Shown here: positions 1 to 13,200 of the stretch, in pieces
Numbering within the stretch: position 1 is the stretch's first letter
How the letters are laid out: every line of letters begins with the position of its first letter
Assembly: GCA_000708835.1 (NCBI GenBank)
Contig: DF237227.1
Coordinates: 49,802 to 113,801 of the forward strand
From: Klebsormidium nitens
Taxonomy: Eukaryota > Plantae > Klebsormidiophyceae
Direction of reading: 5' to 3'
Length of the DNA: 64,000 nt
Notes under the pieces: generated by a model
The model's input: the letters and a program-made list of their open reading frames with translations, nothing else
Told to the model about the DNA's origin: nothing
Databases searched by the model: none
Made by a program: the position numbers and the translations under genes

Positions 1-21
1 AGAGTCCTGCTTTGTACTCAC

Positions 22-3000
22 CACAGGAACCAGCCCCGGGGGTCGTGCTTGGGCACCCACTTCTTCTTGCGCCACTCCTGCACGAGAAGTTTAAACAAAG
101 GTTAGGGTTATTCAAAAATCCAAGGCTTGGTGTCGACCGGAGAAAGTAGAATTTTATCTGCGGTCTCAGGAGGACCGTTGAAACGGCTTCGCTCAATCAT
201 GTAGACTCAGAGAATGCTTGGTGCAACTTCCAACCAAGAGCGATAGTTTACACGTCCATATCAGTAAACGGAGACGAAAGGCTGACGACTTGCAAATTTC
301 AGTTGAGGCGAACCCAAGAAAGCTTGACGACGAGGCGGTGGATGGATGAGTAGAAGCCTCCCTGTTTACGAAACGCGTGTGCAGAGCTTGTACGCAAAAT
401 CGGAAGTCGAGTCCTTGGGGAACAGCTTCTCGACGAGATGACAACCATCAACCATGGGCACCGAAGAACAACGTGCATCAGAGTAACTCCTGGAAGAAAG
501 GAGCCAATCAGAGTCGATTACACTTCCTTCGCGACTTACGTTCAGAGATAGCCGGCTAACAATCTTGAAGCAGTTGACGTCTCCGTTCGGGCCCGAGGGG
601 GATAGCGTCCCCTTCTCAACGGCGGCTTCAAACCTGTACAGAAAGGATGAAACGTTAGGACTTTACCGTCGGTGGATCTTGCCAGAAAGCAAGGAATATT
701 GGGTTCACAAAGACTCGGTTAAGGCTAGCGCGACTCGGTTAGAACTAGCGCAGGTACTCGTTCCACAGCTGAAAATGTTTGAGCCAACGACAGTCGATAA
801 GGAGCAAAAAGATCAAGACAAACATTAGGAAAGAGACTTCCAGAGGTTCCAGAAAACGGTGGATGATTGCACCCCTGAAAAAGTAGCACCGAACGAAGGA
901 ACTAACCATATTGCAGGTTACAATCTCAACACTCGTCCTTCCTGCGAAGACGGCGTTGATAAAACGCCCTACACAGGCTAAACTCCCACTTAACCCTGGT
1001 AACATTGGGCTTGAAAGAATCGCGGGCGACCGTTCCTTGATACCTCGGAGAGGGTAAAGAAAATTTGCCGTGCTATTTCAGCTTTTGAACCTTCAGATTG
1101 ACACAAGTGGAAGCGAAGACTGACCACTCCTTGGGGAACTCGAAGATGGTGTCATTGATGATCTTGCCCTCAAAAACGCCGTGCTCGAGCATCTCCTTGG
1201 GCGACAGCACGGGGTCGAAGCCGTCCTTAAAGTTTTTGCCAATGGGCTCGGAGAGCTCGTACGAGTAGCCCGTCTGCATCAGATCGTCCACCTCGATCGT
1301 GTCGCCGACCTTGTACTCCTTCTCCGGCCGAGCCTGCTTCAGGAGCTGCAAAATAGGGCGACATGTAAACGGTCAGGAAAGAGAAGCGGGATGGTTGCGA
1401 TGAGTGCAGGAAAAGTGAAAAGACTGCACGCTCGACCGGGCCTGCTTCAGGAGCTGCGAAAAAGGGCGACATTCGAAATGTCAAGAAAAAAAAGAGGGCT
1501 TGGTGCGACGAGTGTCAGGAAAACCGAAAAGACGCGCGTTTGTTGTGGTAAACCATATTGTATCGCAAACCCTGTACTCCTTCTCCGACCGGGCCTGCTT
1601 CAAGAGCTGTGAAAGAAAGAGGCGCACCGGATCAAGGGAACGGGCGAGTCACGTGGAAGCAGAGGACCACAACACAAGAAGTTCGTTCGTGCTTCTGCGA
1701 GCCGCAGATCTTGTTAATGGTCAGACGGGAGTAGTGTAAACAGTGCAGGTTGCTCTCTTCTACCCTCCAAGCTCGTTCATAGTTCCTTCTCCAGCTATGT
1801 CTCTTACAACACGCTTTACCATGTAAAAGGGTCCTTTCACTCAATAAAACCTACATGACAAACCAAATCCGCCGCAGGCATCCTCATAAGAGTCCTTTTA
1901 GCCAGTGAAGTCCTGAATATCAAAGCAAACCCGCAGCAGGCATCCTACAAAGCAAGTAGGAGGGTCTGACTGGAAGTGTGGAACCCCTGAAGTATCTCAT
2001 GTGATTTTCACCACCTTTTTCAAATCTCGTTTGCCCTGTCCCCCAAAATGACATCAGCAAGTCCAAGCAGTAAGGTAGCAATGCTCCTGCCCCCACCTCT
2101 TTCATGTCCTCGAGTGTCTCTAGCTTCTTCAGCAGCGCCATCCGCTCCTTCGACTTCGGCAGCTCGATCCCGTTCTCCTCGTGCAACTTTGCGACCGCCG
2201 CCACGCTCTTGCGGTGCGTCCCAGGATGCTCTGGCTGCTCCGAATGATGCACCGTCTTCTGCTTCTTGGCGTGCTTCTCCTCGTCTTCTTTCTCCCCATC
2301 ATTGTTCTTTTTCTTGTCTTTTCCCTTGCCCTCCTTCTCTTCCCCGTTGTTTTGTTCTCCGTTCTTTGCGCTGGCTTGAGCGCCTTTGGTTTTCTCTTGG
2401 TCGTTTTTGGATGTGTCGCCGGTTTTCTTCTCGTCATGAGCCTTCTCCTGCTCAGCCGCCTTCATCTCCTGCTCGCCTTCCTTCTTTCTCTTGTGATCAG
2501 GCCTGCAGGAAAGGCGACTTACTTGAAGCAAGCTTCTTCCAGGCTCCTGTTAATCTCCAGAATGGTGCACAAATTTTGCATCTGATGTGACTCTACTCTA
2601 TGGCAATCCAAGGTTTTCGTTGAGGTACAATCTGCATACAGAATTTACCAACTTTAGAAGAAGAATGAACAATGGAGTTCTTGAAGAGGGAAGGCCAATC
2701 CAATGAATCACTCGGTCTCCACCAGAATAGACCCAGTTCACTGTTTTGACTGCCATCTGGAGACCTGGAACGATCTGGGTGCCTGTCTGATACCAATCTG
2801 GCAAAGTGAGAGCATTCGACGTGCAGAATAACATTGCCCATCCTGCATGCAAAAGTCAAGGCCTCCAGCTCAATGGTCAAAGCTTTCAACTCTCCACATA
2901 AGCATAATCCTTCCAAAGTTGTCGGCCAATGAAAGCACGAAGTAGAAGATACTGCTGATCAAAGCCATGCCCCTCAGGGGCGATTTAAACCTCACCCAGC

Positions 3001-3510
3001 CAGCATCACTTCCGGGCGTTGAATGTCATCCAACCAGACTTCAGCAGTGTCCACTTGCCTCTTGCGATCCTTCCTGACTAAATCAAGTAAACCCGCATGC
3101 AAACTTGTGAGGATCACAACCTCATGAAGCAACCAGAGACAGGCAAGGGGATCACAACAGCAGGTCCCCCTGCTCAGGGTGCAGGTAAAACCTGCAGCCC
3201 TGCACTTATTGTCCCTTACTCAATCACCATTCAATTTGTCAACTGAGTCTACGACCAATGCAGGTCCTTGATTTACAACTCCCCTTTTTTAAGAGCTGAA
3301 TGTTGAATTACAAGAACGTACCTTCTAAGAGTAGCAAGGCCATCTCAAAAGAAAAAAACTACTCGTAGAAGCCTGATGCTAGTAAACTTACGTAGAGTCA
3401 TTCTTGGTTTGCTCCTTCTCCTCCTTTGTTGTTGTCTTCTCCTGCTCGGCCTCAGCAATGGACGCCCCTTCCTTAGCTCCAGACTTCGCTGGTTGCTTCT
3501 TTGGCGCCAT
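22..3510 (-). CDS. Uncharacterised protein, 3'-partial (runs off the window start); K/E-rich N-terminus plus a conserved domain of unknown function. Exons 3510-3392, 2502-2097, 1345-1125, 633-540, 77-22
   Basis: GT-AG joins keep one frame: MAPKKQPAK...TPDHKRKKEGE...EDMKE|LLKQARPEKEYKVGDTIEVDDLMQTGYSYELSEPIGKNFKDGFDPVLSPKEMLEHGVFEGKIINDTIFEFPKEW|FEAAVEKGTLSPSGPNGDVNCFKIVSRLSLN|EWRKKKWVPKHDPRGWFLW. From memory the motifs resemble a widespread hypothetical family (LTPxEMLxxGVFxGKY / DPRGWFQWYCRY); not database-verified. Confidence 0.8.
1433..1620 (-). repeat. Two acceptor-side echoes of exon 1345-1125 of gene 1
   Basis: cag|ctcctgaagcaggc recurs with exon-like starts at 1453 and 1606 (ctcttgaagcaggcccggtcggagaaggagtacagg). 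Confidence 0.85.
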
Positions 3511-4589
3511 ACTGAAAAACTTCAAGTTCTCCTCGCCAAAAGCTCTCCAAGTATCTGCGAATGTGTCCCTAGGCTGTCGTATTGAGACAAGGGAGCGGAC
3601 TAGATGCTGAGTGCAAAAGCTAAAGGGGGCTTGCAGGAGCGTTGGCAAGGCAATGTGTGGACTCAAGAGTGTGCTGTTTAGCACGCAGCGGCTGCGGGGA
3701 AAGACCGATGCCCTTCCTTGAACGAGTGCCCTTCGGACAGTGACAGCGCCACGAACACAGGATAGTAAGTGCATAGGCCACTGATCGCCTGTGTTAATAT
3801 AAGCTCACACCACCACCCCGCTTTTGAGCTGACTGGTCCTAGAATGTCCCTGACAGCAACTTGTGGAAAGTCCCCAAACTGCGTCCTGCATGCAAAATTC
3901 ACTGCGTGAAATTGGTACATGGGAGGCTTGAGAACCTAATGCAGGTTTTTCCAAGCAACTGTGACTTTCCACAGAGCACCCTTCACTTGCTCAGAAGTGT
4001 CCACCAGCACAGGCCCTGTGGCGACACCCAGGCCCTCAGTGAGGAAGGCGCCACCCAGTGATCCAAACAGTACGCCCTTTGACAGGGCCTTCAGTCTGAG
4101 AATGCTTGAAGAAGGCATGTATACAGGTTCCTGTCAGCTGGTTTTGCAGCTGCGACCAACCGCAACTGCAGAAACAGGTAGCAAACTCCTTGTAATTGGT
4201 GTTCTTCAAAAACAAGCTACGGAAGATTGCAATAATAAAATCCAAGCGACATGCCTCTGCTAGGAGGTGGTGGCGATAACATAAGCACTGTTACAATGCA
4301 ATGTGGCGCACCTCTTCGCTCTTGCACTTGCGCCCCTTCCTGCCAATCAACCCCTCTGCATGCAGCTTCCTCAGCCACAGCACTTTCTCTTTTCAGGAAT
4401 GGCTTGACACCATTCCAAACCCCACAACTTCCAGCAAGAGGAGGCGCCATGGTGTGGTGCTGTGCGAAGATGTGGGCGTCCGAGTGCTCGACACCTGCCA
4501 ACACAGGGGCAACATGGCCATTGGCATGGGCTGTGCCAGGCCCCGGGACAAACTGAGTCACTTCAAGTTCCACTGCCACTGGCACGGAT

Positions 4590-5272
4590 CAGTGTGATCG
4601 AGCCCGGATATAGCCTAGGTACCGGTATACTAGGCTATAGGCTATAGGGTATACTTTATAGCACCTAAACGTAGGCCGGTACCTGCTACCGTATACCGTA
4701 TCTACCTACCTATTTCAGCACCCGGGTTGCCCGGCCCGCCGCCGCCCAGTCGCCGGTCGGGTCTGGGCCCGGAGTCGGCCCTGGGGCCTGAACTCTTGCG
4801 GCGAGTCTGACTGGGTCCTGAGCCCGAGTCCCGACTCAGGTCGCTACGAGCCGCAAACCGCACATCGCGACCGCCCAGTCCAAGTCCGCAGCGCCTTGCG
4901 GTCTTTATTCGGGGCGCCAGTCCCCGTCGGTTACCACCCGGTTTCAAAAGGTGTAAGGCGACTCGAAGTTAAATCCCGGTTTCCAGTCCCCGACCGACCC
5001 AAAATCCGAAGGATTTTGGAAAAAAAAATAATAAATATAGTCAATATTTTGGTCCAAATTTCCCGATTTTTGTTCATTTTGGATTGAAAATATTGAAATC
5101 TGGGCCAAGAAATGAAGTTTTTGCCCCAAAATTATTCCATATTATTTCATATTTCAAACATACTAGCAAAAAACCAACTATTATTTCTTCCCGACCAACC
5201 GACCCACCCAAAAGGGGGTAGGACCGGAACCCGGGAATTAAATTCGACCCGCCTAAACAGGCACTCACACTA
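4590..5272. mobile_element. Probable non-coding transposon remnant(s): palindromic block, GC-rich CCCGA/GGGTC motif block and AT-rich block
   Basis: Abrupt compositional mosaic and repeated cccgaccgaccc/ccgacccaccc motifs. No convincing TIR or TSD. Confidence 0.35.
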
Positions 5273-5608
5273 ATATAATCGTCTCACACTCCAGTGTCCA
5301 GTCTTCCGCGGGCCCAGTTCGGCGTGCACCGGTGACCGCACGGTACCGTAATTGGACAGACCCGTGGCCTGGCAGGGCCCACATTCGCCCTGCAGATGAC
5401 ACATGGCAGACCTTGATGCACAATGCAAACCCAACTTCATAACCTTCGCTTTAATTTGACGATTATCATTCAACCGACGCGGTTGAAAGCATGAAACCGG
5501 TCTGGACATGCGGATCAAGATTCAATGGTCGGTTTGTCAGCCCGGTCGGGACGGTTTACTAATTAAGGTTATGTAACATTCAAGCCATTAGATGCCTCAG
5601 ATGAATAC

Positions 5609-5800
5609 CGGTAACTCTCGTGTGACCTAACGGGCGTGTGACCTAAGATACAAGCTACCCGGGCACTTCAAACTAAAACACCTAACCCAAATAATCACCC
5701 GCTCCGCACCCCAACCCACCCTAACCACCATACCAACCCCACCCGTCCCCCGGGTGCCTATCTTAGGTCACACGGCTCTTAGGTCACACGAGAGTTATCG
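5609..5800. mobile_element. Non-autonomous foldback element (MITE-like) with roughly 50-bp imperfect terminal inverted repeats
   Basis: The left end cggtaactctcgtgtgacctaacgggcgtgtgacctaagata...cccggg is the reverse complement of the right end cccgggtgcctatcttaggtcacacggctcttaggtcacacgagagttatcg. The core is C/A-rich. No target site duplication found. Confidence 0.8.
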
Positions 5801-7227
5801 AAGTCTCAGCTGAATCACATGGTCTTTTAAAGTAGTCTCCATCAATCGGCAGCCGTCCATTTCTCGAAGTTCTGATATCGGACGAGTAGCAGGCACCAGC
5901 AAAACCTGTACTCAGAAAGTACAAGAAGTACGGTGTACCTACCGTACCTTCTGTCACTGGTAGTGTCACTGTCACTGGTGGTGTACAGTTTATGACGACG
6001 GTGAGTGGGTGAACCGTGAGCAAACAACCGCGAAGGGGAACAGTCATGCCACATGGTGTTGACAACTTGCAAGTCGACAAAGACCTGAGCACGAACAAGT
6101 ACCTGATTCAAATTGAGGTTGCAAGTTGTTGGAATGCGCAGGGCGAAAGGCGGTTCGTTTTGCTGGATGAATCTGCCGCATATCTAAGATTTATGTGAGG
6201 TACAATCATACATAGGTATTATGGTGTGCTTCTCTACTCCTGAATAGGTTGCATGAAAGGTCTTTGATCAATCAATGAATCATTGAGCTGAAGCATTGCC
6301 CCCGGGCGTCAGCCAAGACACTCAAAGGTGGCAAATTGCTCGTATGTAGAAGTCTTTGCAGATGCTTCCCTCAGCTCTTAGCTGGTCAGTCTTTCTGGGA
6401 GTGTACATAAAAACCAAAACATAAGTAGTCGAGCACGTAATTTGCTGGTGCCAGTGGAGGCAGTCCTGGCACAAAGCCTGCTTAACAAGCCAAGTAGAAA
6501 TTGTTGTCTCTGGTGAGTTCTATATTGCAGCCTTAGGCTTATTTCTCTCTTTCCAGGGTGTGTAAGCTGCTTTCGTGCCAACCTGAATCAAAATTGTGTG
6601 CATAACTTGCCATGAAGGCAAGCGCGAAACTCCGCGGTTACAACTGTGGTTTGGACCAGCTCGTGCAGTTGGTGACTCTCACTGTGGCTGAGATGTTTAT
6701 ATGTTGGATTAGGGGTCAGGGGAGGCTTTCTGTGTTGACCAGTGCATTCTACATAGTGTGGGAAGATGCAGGACTTTGCAGTGACTTTACAGCACGTTTG
6801 GTGCCCTGTAGTTCCTAAAAGCTGGCTTCCTTCTCAGGTTTTGAGCAGAGTGCCTCTGACATTTGTTCTTCATCTGCACCCGTCCATTTTAATATGATGC
6901 CAGCGATCGCGGCTATGTGGCCCCGGCCTTTCTGCAGTGCCGATGACGTGGAAGTTTTGAAGGCTCCAAAGTATCTACTACGTTTTTGAAATGCCATTCG
7001 GGCCTTTTGTCCTTCGAATATCAGAATTCAGTTGTGCACCGACGACCATCACATCATTGGCCGATCCTAGCTTTTCCTCTTCCATGTCCAGGTACTTAGT
7101 ATGTTGAATGTTTGTACCTGTGCCTTGTTCCTACTGATGTTCCTACTGAATGAAGAATTCTGTAACCATGCCTTACTCCCATTTCATACCTTGGTCCCTC
7201 ACAAACATACGCATCGCTTCGTAGCAG

Positions 7228-10200
7228 ATGGCGAGCGTGCACCCCTCCGAGCAGCATGAGCGGCCTCCTCTTGCCAAGCATTCCTTGCGGGGCACAAAAC
7301 GTCCGTCCACATGGGCCGAGGGCCGCGCCGCGAAAGTGGCGTACCCCCCCGCCTGGGGCGGGGTCTACCCACTAGGGCTGGCACACGCGCGCCCGACCTG
7401 CGGGCAACTCATCGAACCAGAACCAGAACCAGCTCCAGACCCAATCTATATGGTAGACCCCGTGACTGGGGGGCCGATGCGGCCGGGCCCCGACATCGAG
7501 TTCAATTCAGAGGTCAGGTTTCACAAGTTTCACTATTTTTTTGAATCTGCTCGATGCCTCTGGTGACTTGGCTTTTCCTATGTGTCTGTTACTCATCAGT
7601 ACAGCCCATGGTTACTGTAGATTCCTACTGTAGTGTCAGTCATGCGTCACTTGCGATGCTTCCCATTAAGATTTGCTGTTTAGAAAGTGAGCCGTGTGGG
7701 GATCCGGCTGTCTTAGCACGCTCAGATTCGAAGTTTTAGCGCTGCAGGATTGTGCTGCAGAATGCATCATTGTTGTACGTGTGCTCGAAAATTCATACTC
7801 ACATGGCTGATACTCTTCGCAGGGTGCGCCTGTGCCCACAAATGAGGAGTTCCGGCTTCAGGTCTTGAGGAGCTACAACATCCTCAATACAGTGAGTCTT
7901 TCCCCCGCCCTCAGATAGACGGCGAATATGTAGGAATAGTTGCTCTGGGAGCTGGGAGCGTACGGGGTATGGATACGGAAGGACATACCGGCACCGTGCT
8001 AGCAGCTTGGATTGGGGAGCGCCAAATGTCCAGAAGGTTGTGTTTCACCAGGCCGTATGCTGTACCGGTCGAGAAGCCAACACGTCGTGCGAATGCTAGT
8101 ATTGCCGCATCTTTGCCTTCTGGGGGACACAGTGCTGCTGCAGAGAGCAGGAGAGTCATCTTCTAACTCAACAAAGGTCGCACCTGCTGAAAAGAGCATC
8201 GCGACTTACATTTCTATTTGTGGGTTTTCAAACACTCCCGTATGAGTCAGTTCACCGTGAGATTCGAGGAGCTGCTGAGGTGATTGAACATTCTGGCCGT
8301 CTAACCTTTTCGTTGAGGGGTTGCAAGCAGGTGGAGATGGTCCCCACTGCGGCGGCAACGCTGAGTGTGTTTATTGTGCTTGCGCAGGAACCGGAGTCCC
8401 GCTACGACCGCATCTCGGCCCTTGCCTCAATGATCTTTCATGTGAGCATCGGCTTCATTCTGGCCTCTTAAGTATTTTATCGTTACGCAGTTCGAGCCTT
8501 CTGCACTTACCAGGGTTCGCCCAAATCATCAAGCAAAGCTTTCACCAATGTTTCATAAGACTGGATGAAGAAGACGTACCCTCCTGCATGAATGTCCTCA
8601 GACAACGCGTCCAGATCGATATCTAGACGTTGAAAGGAAGAATCGGCAAAGGGTTTTCGAAAACACGGGGCCACCTTTCCCCTTCCAAAGGTCCTCTGTT
8701 CGAGGCTACTGATAGGAGTGGGACTGGACTCAGCCCAAACAGGTCCAAGTCGAGTGTCGCCTCAAGAAACCCGACAGAGCTTGTGTTGAGGGGGGTGTAA
8801 AAAGTCGATAGATCATTCGGTGCTTGAAGTATTCTGTGGCAATCTATCGGCTTTACGTGATTGTAAGTCTTCGATTCAACAACCCAGACGTTATCGGAGC
8901 CCTGTATGAGGTCCCAGCAATCTTGGTCAATGTATCCTCATTTGATGTTACAGGTTGGTTTACTGAAGTTCCTGTGATCCTTTTAATCAATTTTGTCCTT
9001 GAAAGTGAGAGCATAGCTTCAACTTCTTCCCGTGTCCACCATCTGCAGACCCCCGTGGCCCTCGTGTCCCTGGTTGACGAGAACCGGCAGTGGTTCAAGT
9101 CAAACATCGGACTTCCCGGTTGCACAGAAACCAAGAGAACCGGGTCCTTTTGTACATACGCCATCTTGCCAGCGTGAGTACCCTTCGAAAGCATTGCTGA
9201 TTTGGGTTCGTCTCCTCTTGATGAAAGCCAGAGCTTCATGTGAGCCGACAGACAACCGCAATACGAATCGGAAATTAGCGCAGCTGACTCGGCGTCGCTC
9301 TGGCAAACGCACTGTGGTTATTTGTTGGTGCGCGGTGGCCGGCAGTTTGGCCGGCCGAGACCCGTCGACGTTTACCACTCAGTCAGTGACCGGAATTGGT
9401 GACCATTTTTGCCTTCACTACACCATGCGCTGTGCCGAATGAGACAAAGAGCTTTGGAGTTGCGAAAACTGGACGAACATGTTCTATTGTAAAGGAATAG
9501 AAGGTCCTGTGGCCACCACAAGGGTTCTTGCAATGACCATTTCAGAGTCCCTACGTCAGGAGATGGTAAGACGTCCTGTCCCTGAAGTCTTCACTCTGGT
9601 TTGATTCTACAAATTGCTCGTCTTTGGCTTATTCTTCGTTTCGCCATGCAGAGTGGATCCCTGCCTGGTTGTCTGCGACGCGCTGAAAGACGGCCGGTTC
9701 TGTAAAAACGCTCTGGTAAGTGATTCCCATCTCACTGGTGAATTTCAGAGAGTCTTAAGATTTGCACTCCGTTGCGGGACATCACCGGCCACATCCAATG
9801 GCAAGTGCAGGCAAGAATCGTGATGTTGTCTCGTTAGATATGGCGGAGATTTGTCACTGAATGGGCAACGAAGGCGTTGAGGTGCCGTTCGTGAGGACGT
9901 GACAAAAATGTATTATGCTTGCACAACGGGATACAGAGGATGAGGGAAGCTCCCAAGCTTTCCTAACCGACCGAGATTCATCGTGGATGCAGGTCATTGG
10001 AGAGCCACACATTCGCTTCTACGCGGGCGCTCCGCTAATCACCAAGGGCAATTTTGTGCTCGGCTCTCTGTGAGCGACGGAAACATTTCAAAAATTGTCC
10101 AGGGTCGAGTTGGCTTGGGAACGGTCGCCCTTGCTTTTCCGTCACTGCTTTGAGATGCACAGGAAAGGTGCCGCACAATTCTTTTCCTTATCAAATGACC

Positions 10201-13200
10201 CCTTTCGCACGCGCGTCTTTGGTGTTTGCAGCAGCATATTATTGCCGCAATCACGTAGAATGGAGACACCTCTGACAGGTTCCTCGTCATTCGTGCAGTT
10301 GTATCATTGACTTCAAGCCTCGCAACGAGTTTACGGCGGAGGAACATGAGTTGCTGATGTCCCTGGCGCAGCTCGTGGTGCAGGTAGGGGAGCCCGTGCG
10401 TGTTTTTGTTTCGTTTTGTTTTGTTCAGCGCATGAACACTCTAAGTAGTTTCTTCTTCAGATTTACTTCCTGAAAACGCAAAGTTTGATAACATTCGGGG
10501 CATTCTTTGCATAGTAGTGCATGTTAAGAATCAGTCCGCAATCCAAAACCTCGTCAGAAAATTACTGCATGACCACTCACCATTCAGGTGTATGCGCTTT
10601 GTAGAAGTCACATGGATGGCATCCACAACCCATGTATTGCTCTTTTTCTGATTTTCGGCAGACGGTTCGGAGAGAACGGTTTGCTGAAGGACCGTACCCG
10701 AAAGCTGCTAGGACTCTTTTGCAAGAGACGGAAAAGCACATGCGGGTATCTGAAGGGGGTTGGGAAAGCCTCGTCGAAGTATTTCTTCCTTCATTCCACT
10801 TATTACAATCTGGTATGCTTATGAAAAGGGTTAGAAAGTCAAAGCCAAGCCGGCATTGTGCTTTTACAGGAGATGGAGAAGCACACGCGGTATCTCGAGC
10901 TGCAGCGGATCCAGGCGGAGAGGTTCGAGGACGACAAGCGGGGCCTGCTCCGGGCGATCGGTGGGTTTTACGATTTCAAGATTTTAGGTCACCGTCTTCG
11001 CTGCATACGCCTGCGTTTTGACCTGACCGATGACTTGTTTTGCCGGGCCATCCAATCATCTGTTTCCTGTTTAACGCCCCCGTTCATCTCCTCTAGCGTT
11101 TCGCCGCACCTGATAATCAGCTGATGTCACGGCTGTCGCTTTGTCGCTGCTCTGACGTGCTCAAAGAAGGAACAATCCTGGCTCACGGTGACGTTTTGCC
11201 TCTTTCCGGGTTTTCCAGTGGTCTCCTCGACGCTGGACCGTTCTTTGGCAAAGCTGGACGAAGTATTCAAGTGTCAGATCGCTAATTTTTCGTTAAAGCT
11301 GGACGACTATTTGAGGGTCACATCCCTTCACATTTTTAAAACGCCCCCTGGCTTAGCGGGGCGCTCACAGGTGGTGCACCTCTGGCGCCCTTCTTCGATC
11401 TCGAACACATCAACTGAATGGTCTCCACATCCCTGACCAAAGCAATCCAACTCGCAACTCTTCTACCGACACTCACTAGACCTCAACTCTTCCGCGAAAA
11501 GAAGAAGAAAGAAGAAGCGAAACAGAAAGGGTGTCACGTGTCTCCCCGCAGACGCGTTCGATGAGGGCCTGGTCCTGTGCGACATGTCCCAAAAGGGCCA
11601 CCCGATCGTGTTCGTCAACGAGGGGTGGGAGAAGCTCACCGGATACTCCATCCAGGAAGTCCTCGGCCTGCACTGCGGCAGCCTGCTCGAGGTGAGATTT
11701 CCGCTGTGACGACCGGAATCCGCCAAACTCATGGGTCCAGCGGAATTGCGATTGGGTTTCTTTGCAATGAGGAGTGGGAGAAGCTCACCGGCTACTCCAT
11801 CCAAGAAGTCCTCGGCCTGCACTGCGGCAGCCTGCTCGAGGTGTGCTTTCCGCTCTTCCGGCCGAAGTCCGCGAAGTTTGTTCTTTTCAACGGAACCGAC
11901 TTCGGTTTTCACATTATCTATCACAAGAGGTGGGAGAAGCTTACCGGATAGTTTATCCAGGAAGTCCTCGGCCTGCACTGCGGCAGCCTGCTCGAGGTGA
12001 GATTCCGCTCTGACGGCCGGAGTTCCGGTAGTCCGTTGTTTCCAACGGAATTGCTTCCGGCTTCATTTCCGATGAGAGGCGGGAGAAGCTTACCGGGTAA
12101 TCCATCCAGGAAGTCCTCGGCCTGCATTGTGGCAGCCTATTCGAGGTTAGAATTCCGCTCTCAACCGGAAGCCGCAGATTCGGTTCTTCCAACGAAGTTG
12201 TCTTCAGCTTTTCTTCCCCCTTCCCTCAGCGAGGGCAAGAAGAAGCTCACTTGGGTACTCCATCAAGAAGTTCTCGGCCTGCACTGCGCAGCCTGCTCGA
12301 GATAAGATTCCGCTTTGATGGCCGGAATCTGCGGATCCGTCGCTTCCCACAAGAGCAACTTAGGTTTGCTCGTTTATGTCAAGGGGGGGTGGGAGAAGCT
12401 TACCGGGTACTCCCATCAAGAAGTCCTCAGCCTGCAGTTCGGCAGACTGCTCCAGGTAAGAATTCCGCTGTGAGGGCCGGATCTGCGGATCCGTCATATC
12501 CAACGGATCGACTTTCACGCTCCCGTTTTCCTCCCCCAAGGGTTGAGAGGCTTTCGATCCACGAAGTACTTAGGCCTGCACTGCGGCAGCCTGCTTAGAG
12601 CTACAAAAGCGCTTTGACTGCCGGTATTTCAGTAGTTCGTTGTTTCCAGCGGAGTCACTTTGAGGTTTAAGAACGATGACGAGACGACGTTGTTTCCTCA
12701 ACAAAGGAGAGTCTGCCCCTGATTGCACCGAATGGCACCCACTCACAGATTGTCCCTGATTGCAGGGACCCCTGACGGACAGAGATGCGAAGCGAACCCT
12801 CGCCGAGGCCTGCGCCAAAGGCGAATCCGCTTCCGTTGAGATCCTGAACTACCGCAAGAACGGAACGCCCTTCTGGAACTGGCTCCGGATACGGCCGGCG
12901 GTGTTACCGATGGGGACAACCTTCGCAAGCGGTGCCGGGGAGAGCAACAGGTGTGACAAAAGTTGCAATTCAAAAGCCAAATGAGAACTTGAACATATCC
13001 GGAATCTGGAAATCGAAACTTGGAATCTGAGAGCCCGATTTCTGGAGTAAAATTTCTAGAAATTGTACAGCGGGTGCGAACGTAGTTTGTGATCTAGCTC
13101 GTCAAGGTTCTGCTGAGCTCTTGTTCCGAGCTCTCATTTGGTGTGCCACCAGGATGCAAAAGATTCACTTCGACGAACCCTTACTCGACGGGAGACCGCT

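Noticed and set aside
11552-12950. Canonical LOV blue-light receptor
   Set aside because: NCRFLQ is replaced by HCGSLLE and the signalling Gln is absent; reported only as LOV-like.
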